Shown here: positions 33,571-48,352 of the stretch, in pieces | How the letters are laid out: the number at the start of each line of letters is the position of its first letter | Position numbering within the stretch: the stretch's first letter is position 1 | NCBI GenBank assembly: GCA_963848295.1 | Contig: CAWKDB010000010.1 | Span: 1,824,001 to 1,888,000, forward strand | Length of the DNA: 64,000 bases | Direction of reading: 5' to 3' | Origin: an uncultured delta proteobacterium | GTDB lineage: Bacteria; Myxococcota_A; Polyangia; Haliangiales; Haliangiaceae | Position numbers and translations under genes: made by a program | Notes under the pieces: model-generated | The model's input: the letters and a program-made list of their open reading frames with translations, nothing else | Told to the model about the DNA's origin: nothing | Database searches by the model: none

Positions 33571-35039
33571 CCGGGCCGCAGCTCGTACGGCGCACGATCG
33601 AAGCGACGGAGCCGGCGGCGCAGATCGATCGTAGTCCACGGATAGATCGAGCTGTTGCGGCCGTTCTCGTCGACGTAGTAACTGGCGCAGCCGGTGTTGA
33701 ACACGGTCCCGGCGAGCGCGGCCTGGACCCGGTCGTTCCACGCGTCCTGTGCGCTGGCGCGGATCTCCAGCACGTCGATCGCGTCGCGCTTCGCGGTCGC
33801 GATCGCGTCGGCGACATAGCGCGCCTGCGCCTCGATCACGATCAGCGCCGAACCATGCCCGTTGCCGGTGTTCGGGCCGAACATCAGGAACGCGTTCGGA
33901 AAGCCATGGCACGTCGTACCGATATAGGCCTGCGGGCTGCCCGCCCAGAAGTCGCCGAGGCTCGTGCCGTCGCGGCCGACCACCGTCTTCGACATCGCCG
34001 TGTTCGTGACGAAGAAGCCGGTGCCGAAGATGATCGTATCGACCTTGCGCTCGATGCCGTCGGCGCCGACGATCCCATCGCGGGTGACCTCGGTCGCGGC
34101 GCGGGGAACGAGCTCGGCGTTGGGCGCCTGCACCGCCGCGTACCACGTGTTCGAGAACAGCATGCGCTTGCACGCGAGCGTGAACTTCGGAGTGAGCGCG
34201 CGGCGCAGCGCCGGATCCCGGACCTGGCGCTCGAGATAGGCGACACCGATGCGTTGGAGCTGTCGCATCGTCGCCGGGCTGCGCTGGGCGAGCTGCAACG
34301 TCTCGGTGAAGCCGTAGATCGCGCTGCGCACCGCCTGCTGAAACCCCGGCACGTGCTTGAGCAGCCACTGCTCGCGCCGGGTCAGTGCGCGGTCCAGCCG
34401 CGGCAGCACCCACGGCGCCGAGCGCTGGAACACGACGACGCGTTCGACCAGCGGCTGGATCTTCGGCACGAACTGGATCGCCGACGATCCGGTGCCGAGC
34501 ACCGCGACTCGCCGGCCGCGCAGGTCGTGGTCGTGCCGCCAGCGCGCGGAGTGAAAGGTCGTGCCGGCGAACGTCTCGAGCCCCGGCAACTCGGGGATCT
34601 GGGTCTCGTGCAGCGGCCCCTGGCCGAGCACCAGGAACTTCGCCACGTAGTGCCCGCGCGGCGTCTCGATGACCCAGCTACGGCTGGCGTCGTCCCACTT
34701 CGACGTCTTCGCCTCGGTGTCGAAGTGAATGTGGGGCGTGACCTCGTAGCGCTTCGCGACGTCGAGCAGGTACGCCTGGATCTCGGGCTGCTCGGCGAAC
34801 ACGCGGCTCCAGTTCGCCTTGCGCGCGAACGAGTACGAGTACAGCAGCGACGGCACGTCGCACGCGCAGCCGGGGTAGGTGTTCTCGCGCCACGTGCCGC
34901 CGAGCTGACTCGCCTTCTCGAGCAGGATGAAGTCGCGCACGCCTCGCTTGAGCAGGTGGATCGCGACCGCGAGCCCGGAAAACCCGGCGCCGATGATCAC
35001 GACACGGGTATGGGTGGTCTCCATGAGCGTGACACCCAT
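33567..35039 (-). CDS. Baeyer-Villiger-type flavin monooxygenase
   Basis: GAGFSG, GGTWRENTYPGCACD, FHSARW fingerprint, GTGSSA, GTGF. Confidence 0.93.
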   Translation of the reverse strand: MGVTLMETTHTRVVIIGAGFSGLAVAIHLLKRGVRDFILLEKASQLGGTWRENTYPGCACDVPSLLYSYSFARKANWSRVFAEQPEIQAYLLDVAKRYEVTPHIHFDTEAKTSKWDDASRSWVIETPRGHYVAKFLVLGQGPLHETQIPELPGLETFAGTTFHSARWRHDHDLRGRRVAVLGTGSSAIQFVPKIQPLVERVVVFQRSAPWVLPRLDRALTRREQWLLKHVPGFQQAVRSAIYGFTETLQLAQRSPATMRQLQRIGVAYLERQVRDPALRRALTPKFTLACKRMLFSNTWYAAVQAPNAELVPRAATEVTRDGIVGADGIERKVDTIIFGTGFFVTNTAMSKTVVGRDGTSLGDFWAGSPQAYIGTTCHGFPNAFLMFGPNTGNGHGSALIVIEAQARYVADAIATAKRDAIDVLEIRASAQDAWNDRVQAALAGTVFNTGCASYYVDENGRNSSIYPWTTIDLRRRLRRFDRAPYELRPG

Positions 35040-35117
35040 GGCGTTTCATGTTTGGGGCTGCGAGGCCAGCCGAAACCACCGGGGTCTCGCCAGACATGGC
35101 AATGTCACAACCTCGCG

Positions 35118-35885
35118 ATGGACTACAGGACGGCTTTCATCACCGGCGCCGCCGGTGGGCTTGGCTCCGCGCTGGCTCGCGAGCTGGCGGACTCCGGCGT
35201 CGCGGTCGCGCTCTCCGACCGCCGGCCCGAGGAGCTCGAAGCGGTCGCGCACGCGATCCGCGCCGCCGGCGGAGCCGTCCGGACCTACGTGCTCGATGTC
35301 GCGCAGCCCGACGCGGTGCGCACGACGATCGAGCGTGCCGACGACGAGATGGGCGGGATCGATGTCGTCATCGCGAACGCCGGCACGAACGTCGAGTGCT
35401 GGTCGGGTGACCTCACGTTCGAGGACTTTCGCGCCGGAACCGCGGTCAACCTCGACGGCGCGGTCGCGACCCTGCTCGCGATCCTGCCGCGCATGTGCGA
35501 GCGCAGGCGCGGCCATCTCGTCGGCATCTCGAGCCTCGCGCAGTACCGCGGGCTGCCAGGCAACGCGATGTACTCCGCGACGAAGGCGTTCCTGAGCACG
35601 TTCCTCGAGAGCCTGCGCGCCGACCTCCACAGCGTGGGCGTCTCGGTGACCGACGTGCGCCCGGGATTCGTGAACACGCCGATGTCGGACGCCGCGAGCG
35701 GCCCACATCCATTCCTGGTCGAGAGCGATCGCGCAGCCGAGATCATCGTGCGAGAGGTCGCCAAGCGACGAGCGGTGGTCGCGTTCCCGTGGCAGCTCGC
35801 GGCGATCACGCGCTGTGGCATGTTGCTGCCCGCTTCACTCTATGACCGGATCGTGAACGCGGCGCGAAAGGACCCCAAACCATGA
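35118..35885 (+). CDS. Short-chain dehydrogenase/reductase
   Basis: TGAAGGLG, NAG, YSATK, PGFVNT. Confidence 0.92.
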   Translation: MDYRTAFITGAAGGLGSALARELADSGVAVALSDRRPEELEAVAHAIRAAGGAVRTYVLDVAQPDAVRTTIERADDEMGGIDVVIANAGTNVECWSGDLTFEDFRAGTAVNLDGAVATLLAILPRMCERRRGHLVGISSLAQYRGLPGNAMYSATKAFLSTFLESLRADLHSVGVSVTDVRPGFVNTPMSDAASGPHPFLVESDRAAEIIVREVAKRRAVVAFPWQLAAITRCGMLLPASLYDRIVNAARKDPKP

Positions 35886-36901
35886 AGGCACTCGTCCTCA
35901 CCGGCCACGGCGCACCCGAGGTGCTGAAGGTGCGCGAGCAGCCCGAGCCGGTCGCGAGTCGCGGCCAGATCCGCATTGGCGTGCGCGCTGCCGGCGTGAA
36001 CTTCGCCGACATCATGGCCCGCCAGGGCTTGTATCCCGACGCACCCAAGCCGCCGGCCGTGCTCGGCTACGAAATCGCGGGCACCGTCGAGTCGGTCGGC
36101 GACGGAGTGACGCGGTGGAAGGTCGGCGACCGCGTCATCGCCGGGACCCGGTTCAAGGGCTTCGCGGAGCTCGCGGTAGTGGGCGAACACGACGCGCTTG
36201 TCCTGCCCGATGCGCTCGGCTTCGAAGAGGGCGCCGCGATCCCCGTGGCTTACGGCACCGCGTACGCGGCGGTGGTGCGCCTCGGAAACGTCCAGCCAGG
36301 GGACTGGATCCTGATCCATGCCGTCGCCGGCGGAGTCGGCATCGCGGCGACGCAGCTCGCGCACCGGCTCGGCGCGCGGATCTTCGGCACCGCGTCGAAG
36401 AGCAAGCGCCCCGCTGCGCAAGCGCAGGGCGTCGAGCGCGTGATCGACTACCACACCGAGGACGTGCCGCGCGCGGTTCGCGAGATCACCGGCGGGCGCG
36501 GGCTCGACGTCATCCTCGACGCACGCGGCGGGCGCGACTTCAAGGAGAGCTACGAGCTCTTGCGCCCTGGCGGCCGCCTCGTCATGTACGGGGCGAGCTC
36601 GGCCGTCACCGACGACCGGCGGAATCTGTGGTCGGCGCTGAAGATGATCGTCGGGATGCCGCGCTTCGGCTCGATGAACTTGATGGAACACAACAAGGCT
36701 GTGCTCGGGCTCAACCTGCTACGGCTGTGGGACGATCGCGGATCGTTCGAGGAGATCGCGCGGCCGCTCACCGCCCTGCTAGCCGAAGGCGCAATCAAGC
36801 CCGTGGTCGGGCGCGTGTTTCCGTTGGACCAGGCGGCCAAAGCGCACCGGTTCGTGCAGGACCGCCAGAACATAGGTAAGGTCGTGCTGCGCGTCTCATG
36901 A
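35882..36901 (+). CDS. MDR-family NADPH:quinone oxidoreductase (VAT-1-like)
   Basis: GVNFADIMARQGLYP, LIHAVAGGVG, NIGKVVL; ATGA-coupled to the SDR. Confidence 0.9.
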   Translation: MKALVLTGHGAPEVLKVREQPEPVASRGQIRIGVRAAGVNFADIMARQGLYPDAPKPPAVLGYEIAGTVESVGDGVTRWKVGDRVIAGTRFKGFAELAVVGEHDALVLPDALGFEEGAAIPVAYGTAYAAVVRLGNVQPGDWILIHAVAGGVGIAATQLAHRLGARIFGTASKSKRPAAQAQGVERVIDYHTEDVPRAVREITGGRGLDVILDARGGRDFKESYELLRPGGRLVMYGASSAVTDDRRNLWSALKMIVGMPRFGSMNLMEHNKAVLGLNLLRLWDDRGSFEEIARPLTALLAEGAIKPVVGRVFPLDQAAKAHRFVQDRQNIGKVVLRVS

Positions 36902-36905
36902 GTGG

Positions 36906-37511
36906 TCACCGTCCCGCAATCGGTCGTTCGGCGCCTGCTTCGCCTTCAGCAAGCGTGTCGTGAAGGCGTTCCTGTGTCGTCCCGAGCGCACTCGACAACT
37001 TGCTCGAGCCGTGCGGATTGGAAGCGGCGATCGAGTCGTGCTGAACCAGGTCGGGCGTTGACTCGCTGATCGGATGTTCGCTGCCAGCCCGTCCCGAGGC
37101 GATGCTGCGCGAGCGCGGCTGTTCGGCGTGCCGAACGAGCTCGGGAGTCGGAGGAGCAAGCAGCCGCGCGAGCGCTGGTGGTAGCGCGGCGCAGAGAGCA
37201 CTCCTGGCCTCCTCGGATAGATCTTCGGCGAGGACCAGACATACGCTCGCGACGAGCTCGTGGGCGTGTCCGAGCGTGATCCCCGGCGCGAGGATGCGCT
37301 CTTCGATGGGAACCGCGCTCGAGCCACCTCGTCGCAGCGCGTCGGCCAGAGTCTCGGGAAGCTCGCTCGAGACGAGATCGCGGATCGTAGGCGACAGATA
37401 CGGCGCGATCCCCGATAGCACGTTCGCCGTCAGTACCGCCGCGCGCTCGGTCGTGATGCCCGCGTGCGCGGCGACGTGCGACAGCAGCTCCTCGGTGCGG
37501 ATCGCTGTCAT
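36906..37511 (-). CDS. DUF2267-like protein
   Basis: Two helical repeats ending ..ELP..L and ..ALP..L; ATGA-coupled to the upstream SDR. Confidence 0.65.
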   Translation of the reverse strand: MTAIRTEELLSHVAAHAGITTERAAVLTANVLSGIAPYLSPTIRDLVSSELPETLADALRRGGSSAVPIEERILAPGITLGHAHELVASVCLVLAEDLSEEARSALCAALPPALARLLAPPTPELVRHAEQPRSRSIASGRAGSEHPISESTPDLVQHDSIAASNPHGSSKLSSALGTTQERLHDTLAEGEAGAERPIAGR

Positions 37512-38266
37512 TGCGCGACCCATCCGCCATCGACCGCGATCGGCTGACCCGTCACGAACGAGGCCGCGTCCGAGCACAGCCAGACCACCGCCTCGGCGAC
37601 CTCTTCTGGCTTGCCGAGCCGGCCGATCGGCTCGCCGGCAACGAGCTGCTGCTGGATCTGCGCTTCGCCGTGTGCGAACCGGTCGATCATCGGTGTCTTG
37701 ATCACGCCCGGACACACCGCGTTGACGCGGATATTAGACTTCGCGAGCTCGATTGCTCCGGTCTTCGTCAAGCCGACGACGCCGTGCTTCGCCGCGACAT
37801 AGGCCGGGATGCCGACGAAGCCGACCAGCCCGGCGACCGACGCGCAATTCACGATCGCCCCAGCGCCTTGCTTCAGCATCTGCGGGATCTCGTGCTTCAT
37901 GCACAACCAGATGCCCTTCAGGTTGATGCCGAGCACGCGGTCCCAGTTCGCTTCGCTGCACCCGGAGATCGAGCTTTGTTCGCCTTCGATGCCCGCGTTG
38001 TTGAAGGCGCAATCGATCCGGCCGAAGGTCTCGATCGTCTTGCCGAGTGCGGACCGCACGTCGCTGTCCTTCGAGACGTCGCACGAAACATAGAGTGCGC
38101 GCGCGCCGCGAGCTTCGACGAGACGTGCGGTCTCGCGTCCGCCGTCGGCGAGCACATCGGCGATTGCGACATTGGCTCCCTCGCGCGCGAACGCGAGGGC
38201 GGTAGCGCGACCGATTCCAGAAGACGCGCCGGTGATGAAGACGACCTTGTTTGACATGATGTTCAT
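37508..38266 (-). CDS. Short-chain dehydrogenase/reductase (glucose 1-dehydrogenase-like)
   Basis: TGASSGIG, NNAG, YVAAKHG, NAVCPG, VDGG. Confidence 0.93.
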   Translation of the reverse strand: MNIMSNKVVFITGASSGIGRATALAFAREGANVAIADVLADGGRETARLVEARGARALYVSCDVSKDSDVRSALGKTIETFGRIDCAFNNAGIEGEQSSISGCSEANWDRVLGINLKGIWLCMKHEIPQMLKQGAGAIVNCASVAGLVGFVGIPAYVAAKHGVVGLTKTGAIELAKSNIRVNAVCPGVIKTPMIDRFAHGEAQIQQQLVAGEPIGRLGKPEEVAEAVVWLCSDAASFVTGQPIAVDGGWVAQ

Positions 38267-38278
38267 GACGATCGGGTC

Positions 38279-38328
38279 AGCAACGACCGTGCCGCCGTTG
38301 TTCTCGCAAAACGCGCAGATCGTGCGGC
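38279..38328 (-). promoter_or_regulatory. sigma54 promoter plus upstream palindrome for the SDR-DUF2267 operon
   Basis: Reverse strand CGGCACGGTCGTTGCT (38279-38294); CGCGCA-GATCG-TGCGGC at 38312-38328. Confidence 0.75.
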
Positions 38329-38506
38329 ATCGGAAGACCGCCGTGACCTCGGCGAGATCGGCTCAGCTCCACGGCCGGGTCTTCCGAGACATGGAGTCGA
38401 CGTTCGACCTCGCACGAGGTCGTGCTCGAGCGGTCGCACCAACGTCAGCACCGTATGTCGCGATTCGCGCTGCGTTTCGTGCGGCGCGGCGTCAGTTACA
38501 GGAGAG

Positions 38507-38523
38507 CGCGCATCGTTTGCGCG
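38507..38523. promoter_or_regulatory. Perfect CGCGCA-N5-TGCGCG palindrome, putative enhancer
   Basis: CGCGCA TCGTT TGCGCG in the SDR/USP divergent intergenic region. Confidence 0.6.
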
Positions 38524-38675
38524 GCGACGTCAAGAATGAAGTAATCGCTGCGCGCGCGGCACGAGATTTCGCCCGCGTGAGCACTCCGTAGCGAACCGCG
38601 ATCGAGCAAGTCGGTCGCGGATCTCGAGATGGCAAGGCGCGCAGATCGCCAGAAGATTGCCGTAAGCGCGCTCGT

Positions 38676-38691
38676 TGGAACGTGGGATGCA
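38676..38691 (+). promoter_or_regulatory. sigma54 promoter of the USP gene
   Basis: TGGAACGTGGGATGCA; ATG 14 nt after the -12 C. Confidence 0.65.
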
Positions 38692-38703
38692 GCGGTAGCG
38701 GGC

Positions 38704-39588
38704 ATGTTCAAGAAGATCTTGTGCCCGATCGACTTCTCGATCGATTCCAAGACTGCCTTGCAGGTCGCGGTTCGAATGGCGGTGGACGCTGATGCCGAGT
38801 TGGAGCTCGTGCACGTATGGAATCTACCCGTCATGCCTTCGAGCCGGTTTCCACTGCCGGTCGACGCGGTCGAGCTCGTGATGAACGAACAAGAACGCGA
38901 GCTCGCGTCGGCAGCGCGCGATGCGTCGCGATTGGGTGCGAAGAACGTGACCACCAAGCTCATCAACGGAGCGGCGTGGGATCGGATCGTCCACGCGGCC
39001 GCCGATGCGGTCGATCTCGTGGTGATCGGAACGCGTGGACGAACGGGGATCGCACGCGTGCTACTCGGATCGGTCGCCGAGAAGGTCGTCCGTCATGCTG
39101 CGTGCTCGGTGCTCGTGGCGCGGCCTCGGGGCGACGCGAAGGCATTCGAGCGCGTGCTATGTCCGGTCGATTTCTCCGATAGCTCGAAGCAGGCGGTCGA
39201 GCTTGCTGCACAGCTCGCCGCGCCGCGCGGGGCAGGTATCACGCTGTTCCACGCCATCGAGATCCCGGCCATCTATTACGACGAGGCGTTGCCGCCGGAC
39301 TTTCTCGGAGACGTCGAGAAGCAGACGACGCACCTGATCGAGCAGTGGGCGGCCGATCTGAGGACGAAGACGTCGGTTCCGGTCACCACGGAGCTCCAGA
39401 CCGGCGGGGCCGGAGCGCGGATCCTCGATAGGCTCGATGGCGCCACGTATGACCTCGTGGTCGTCGGTAGTCACGGACGGACCGGACTCCAGCGGGTACT
39501 GCTGGGTTCCACCGCCGAGAAGGTCGTTCGCCACGCGCCGTGCTCGGTGCTCGTGGCGAGGGCTCGCACTACTCCAGGGCCACGATGA
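38704..39588 (+). CDS. Universal stress protein with tandem USP domains
   Basis: Two copies of (I/V)LCP(I/V)DFS...G(T/S)xGRTG..RVLLGSxAEKVVRHAxCSVLV. Confidence 0.95.
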   Translation: MFKKILCPIDFSIDSKTALQVAVRMAVDADAELELVHVWNLPVMPSSRFPLPVDAVELVMNEQERELASAARDASRLGAKNVTTKLINGAAWDRIVHAAADAVDLVVIGTRGRTGIARVLLGSVAEKVVRHAACSVLVARPRGDAKAFERVLCPVDFSDSSKQAVELAAQLAAPRGAGITLFHAIEIPAIYYDEALPPDFLGDVEKQTTHLIEQWAADLRTKTSVPVTTELQTGGAGARILDRLDGATYDLVVVGSHGRTGLQRVLLGSTAEKVVRHAPCSVLVARARTTPGPR

Positions 39589-39797
39589 TGACCACTTCAT
39601 ATCACCTGCATCGGATGGGCGCGATGGAAGCGAACGCCGCCAAGCGCAGCACCGACCTCGAGCCATCCGCACCCGAGCCCGATGTGCCGCGGTGCGAACA
39701 ATGCGGTGAGGCGCTCGATCCCAAACGACATCGGAGTCGTCCGATCCGCGAACGCTGTGTCGACTGCGCGTTCGATACGCTGCCCTGCACCGATTGA
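39585..39797 (+). CDS. Small TraR/DksA-type C4 zinc-finger protein
   Basis: CEQCGEALDPKRHRSRPIRERCVDC (CxxC-x17-CxxC); ATGA overlap with the USP stop. Confidence 0.65.
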   Translation: MMTTSYHLHRMGAMEANAAKRSTDLEPSAPEPDVPRCEQCGEALDPKRHRSRPIRERCVDCAFDTLPCTD

Positions 39798-39891
39798 GCG
39801 GCATCAGCGCCGCCTGCACCAGCGCGGGCGTCGGTCACCCTCGGCGATGACCAGGCCGCGCGCGGCGAGGATGAGCCATGTGATGGTCACG

Positions 39892-40197
39892 TCACGTTCT
39901 CGCGATCTCGCGCTCGTCGTCGCGCTGTTCTGCATCTTCGAGCACAAGCTGTTCGAGGATGGCGCGAACTTCCGCTTCACGCGCAGACGGCGGCTCGTGA
40001 CGGGACTCTCCGAACGTGTCCTCGTCTTCAATCGCTGCGACCGCCGCGGTCACTTCATCCAGGGTCGCGCCGGTGACGAGCAGCTGCTCGATCGCGAGCG
40101 GCTCGAGCTCTCCCAAAACGGCGATCAGCTCGGCGGCAGTAGCGGGTCGATCAGCCGAGCGATCATGAACGCTCGTGGTGGTCCTGGGTTCGATCAT
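39892..40197 (-). CDS. Small acidic hypothetical protein
   Basis: 101 aa, helical composition; own sigma54 promoter 14 nt upstream. Confidence 0.7.
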   Translation of the reverse strand: MIEPRTTTSVHDRSADRPATAAELIAVLGELEPLAIEQLLVTGATLDEVTAAVAAIEDEDTFGESRHEPPSAREAEVRAILEQLVLEDAEQRDDEREIART

Positions 40198-40209
40198 AGC
40201 TATGAGCGC

Positions 40210-40225
40210 TGCACGCGTCGTGCCG
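40210..40225 (-). promoter_or_regulatory. sigma54 promoter
   Basis: Reverse strand CGGCACGACGCGTGCA. Confidence 0.7.
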
Positions 40226-40267
40226 CTCGGGGTCGGGCCCAGCCGATCCGGCTCGCTGCGCAAACAG

Positions 40268-43976
<3,709 letters not shown>

Positions 43977-43990
43977 TCACCATGTCCTGC

Positions 43991-44054
43991 AGCAAGTGAC
44001 GTGCCGCTGCGAAAGAGCGCCACTACGAACACGAGGGCTGGCTCGGCCCTTGCT
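43991..44054. promoter_or_regulatory. Back-to-back divergent sigma54 promoters
   Basis: Minus strand CGGCACGTCACTTGCT (43991-44006); plus strand TGGCTCGGCCCTTGCT (44039-44054). Confidence 0.78.
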
Positions 44055-44066
44055 CGACTGCCGAGC

Positions 44067-44609
44067 ATGAAGACTTCCCTGCCCACATCACGCGCACGCG
44101 ATCTCATGGAGCGCGACGTCATCACGGTCACGCCGGAGACGCGCATCCTCGATCTCCACCGGTTACTCGTCGAAGAAGAGATCCATGGCGCGCCGGTCGT
44201 CGGAGACGACGGTCGCGTCCGCGGGGTCGTCTCGGCGCTCGATCTCCTGCGCGTCGTTCGCGACGAGCTGGAGCCCGGGGCCGGCGCCACCGCCACGACG
44301 TACTTTCGCGACGAGCTTCCCTATTCTGGCCCGGACTGGCTGGCGATGCCGGAGGACTTTCAAGATCGCATGCAAGACCTCACGGCCGAAGACGCGATGA
44401 CGAAAGCGCTCGTGACCGTTGGACCGGACGCGGCCGTCGATGACATCGCACGCACGATGCTCGAGCATCGCGTGCACCGCGTTCTCGTGTGCGACGACGA
44501 GGCGCTGCTCGGCGTGATCAGCGCGTTCGATCTGCTGCGGGTGTTGTGTCGAATTCCGGCGACCCGGCCGCTGGATTCAGCGACCCGCCACACCGGCTAT
44601 AGTCGCTGA
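44067..44609 (+). CDS. CBS-domain-pair protein
   Basis: ARDLMERDVITV..IHGAPVV..GVVSALDL; AEDAMT..VHRVLV..GVISAFDL. Confidence 0.92.
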   Translation: MKTSLPTSRARDLMERDVITVTPETRILDLHRLLVEEEIHGAPVVGDDGRVRGVVSALDLLRVVRDELEPGAGATATTYFRDELPYSGPDWLAMPEDFQDRMQDLTAEDAMTKALVTVGPDAAVDDIARTMLEHRVHRVLVCDDEALLGVISAFDLLRVLCRIPATRPLDSATRHTGYSR

Positions 44610-44709
44610 TCGTCGAGACCGCGAACCAGCGCCGACGAGGACCAACCGCCGGCGGTGCGCGAGCCGCGCGTCTTTGGTCTCACGTCAGCGCGTCGCCGGC
44701 CGTTGCGAG

Positions 44710-45402
44710 TCACGATGTTCGTGGGCGCGGGGCTCGGACTCCGGTCACCCGGATCGTCGCGAAGAACACGCACAGGTACAGCGAGAGCGCCGCCGCGAAG
44801 AAACACCAGACGGACGCGAACGCATAGTCGAAGAACACCCGCGTCGCCGCGGCCGAGACGATGACGGCCACGCCCGCATGAACCATCTTATGGATCGACG
44901 AGACGAACAGCGGCGTCGACACGACGATCAGATAGAGCGCTTGCCATAGGACCCCGGGGAAGAAGGTGAACACCGGCGACTCGCCGATGTTGTAGTGGAT
45001 CGAATGGCGGCTGACCTCGAGAGCCAGCCATCCGGGACCCGTGACCAGCGGGATCATCAGGGCGAGCCCGATCCCGACGCCGAGCGCGGTCATCGCGCGC
45101 AGGAAGAACCGGGTTCTTCGAGAGCGCTCGACCAAGAGCATCGTGTACGGGATCCACACCGGCCAGAAGAACAGCGCGAAGAACAGGAACGACAGCGCGG
45201 CGACCTTGGTGAGCCCGGGGTCGCCTCGCTCGATGCCGGTCCACACCCAGCCCTCACAGAACTGCTGGACGCCGAACACGATCGGGATCATCGCCAACGG
45301 AACGTAGGCGCGATCCGTGCGCATAGCTTTGTAGACGCAATAGCTGCCGCCCGCCGCGAGCGTACCTGCGAGCGAGAAGCTCACCTCTGCGGAGACGCAC
45401 AT
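44710..45402 (-). CDS. DUF6629-like multi-TM membrane protein
   Basis: MCVSAEVSF start, PIVFGVQQFCEG, FASVWCFFAA. Confidence 0.75.
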   Translation of the reverse strand: MCVSAEVSFSLAGTLAAGGSYCVYKAMRTDRAYVPLAMIPIVFGVQQFCEGWVWTGIERGDPGLTKVAALSFLFFALFFWPVWIPYTMLLVERSRRTRFFLRAMTALGVGIGLALMIPLVTGPGWLALEVSRHSIHYNIGESPVFTFFPGVLWQALYLIVVSTPLFVSSIHKMVHAGVAVIVSAAATRVFFDYAFASVWCFFAAALSLYLCVFFATIRVTGVRAPRPRTS

Positions 45403-45551
45403 GTTCCGGCCTTTCGTGTGCGCCACGGGCGCGAGCTCGGTTCGCCGGACCTGTTCGGCATGATGTCAGCGGTGCGCGGGACGCTGAACGTCCGGCGCAT
45501 CGATCTCGTCGAGCATGCGCTCGAAGGTCTCACGGCGCGTCCGCATCAAGC

Positions 45552-46019
45552 TCACGCGGGTCGCTTGCGCTTCTGATACGTAGCCACCAGCGTTGCTTCG
45601 GCCAGGATGTGACCAGCCATCGCGCGCTCGAGCTCGACCTTCGTCGGGCGTGCGAGCTCGAGGATGCGGTCGAGCGCGTAGAGCTTGAACACGTACCGGT
45701 GGCGACCGATCGGCGGACACGGACCGCCCCACGCCGCGCGTTTCCAGTCATTCAGACCGACGTGTCCGTTTGCGAGCTTTCCGATGCTCTCGTGGAGACC
45801 CTGACGGGTAGGTGGCAGATCGACGATCACCCAATGCACCCACGTCGTGGTCGGTGCTTCGGGATCGGGAGCATCTGGATCGTCGACGATCAGCGCCAGG
45901 CTGCGCGCCTGCGACGGCACGTCGATCCAATCCAGAGGTGGCGATACGTCGATGCCGTCGCAGGTGTACTTCGTCGGGATCTCGCCGCCGTCGCGAAACG
46001 CTGGAGACGTGAGCTTCAT
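45552..46019 (-). CDS. YbhB/YbcL (PEBP/RKIP-like) protein
   Basis: LTSPAF..G..IP.KYTCDG, DDPDAP, WVHW, GPCPPIGRHRY. Confidence 0.93.
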   Translation of the reverse strand: MKLTSPAFRDGGEIPTKYTCDGIDVSPPLDWIDVPSQARSLALIVDDPDAPDPEAPTTTWVHWVIVDLPPTRQGLHESIGKLANGHVGLNDWKRAAWGGPCPPIGRHRYVFKLYALDRILELARPTKVELERAMAGHILAEATLVATYQKRKRPA

Positions 46020-46031
46020 GGCGCTTCCGGC

Positions 46032-46073
46032 TGCACGGGTCGGGCCAGCGCATCGTCACGCAAGTTTGGCGCG
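46032..46073 (-). promoter_or_regulatory. sigma54 promoter plus imperfect palindrome for the YbhB-like gene
   Basis: Reverse strand TGGCCCGACCCGTGCA (46032-46047); CACGCA-AGTTT-GGCGCG at 46057-46073. Confidence 0.65.
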
Positions 46074-46090
46074 GTCTTGATGAAACCATG

Positions 46091-48352
<2,262 letters not shown>

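Noticed and set aside
38557..38572. sigma54-like CGGCACGAGATTTCGC about 35 bp downstream of the perfect palindrome at 38507
   Set aside because: GG-to-GC spacing is 11 rather than 10 and no credible ORF follows; it could be a decayed promoter or an sRNA start but cannot be supported.
45403..45551. Short ORF (MRTRRETFERMLDEIDAPDVQRPAHR) between the YbhB-like and DUF6629-like genes
   Set aside because: Too short, with no motif or clear translation signal.
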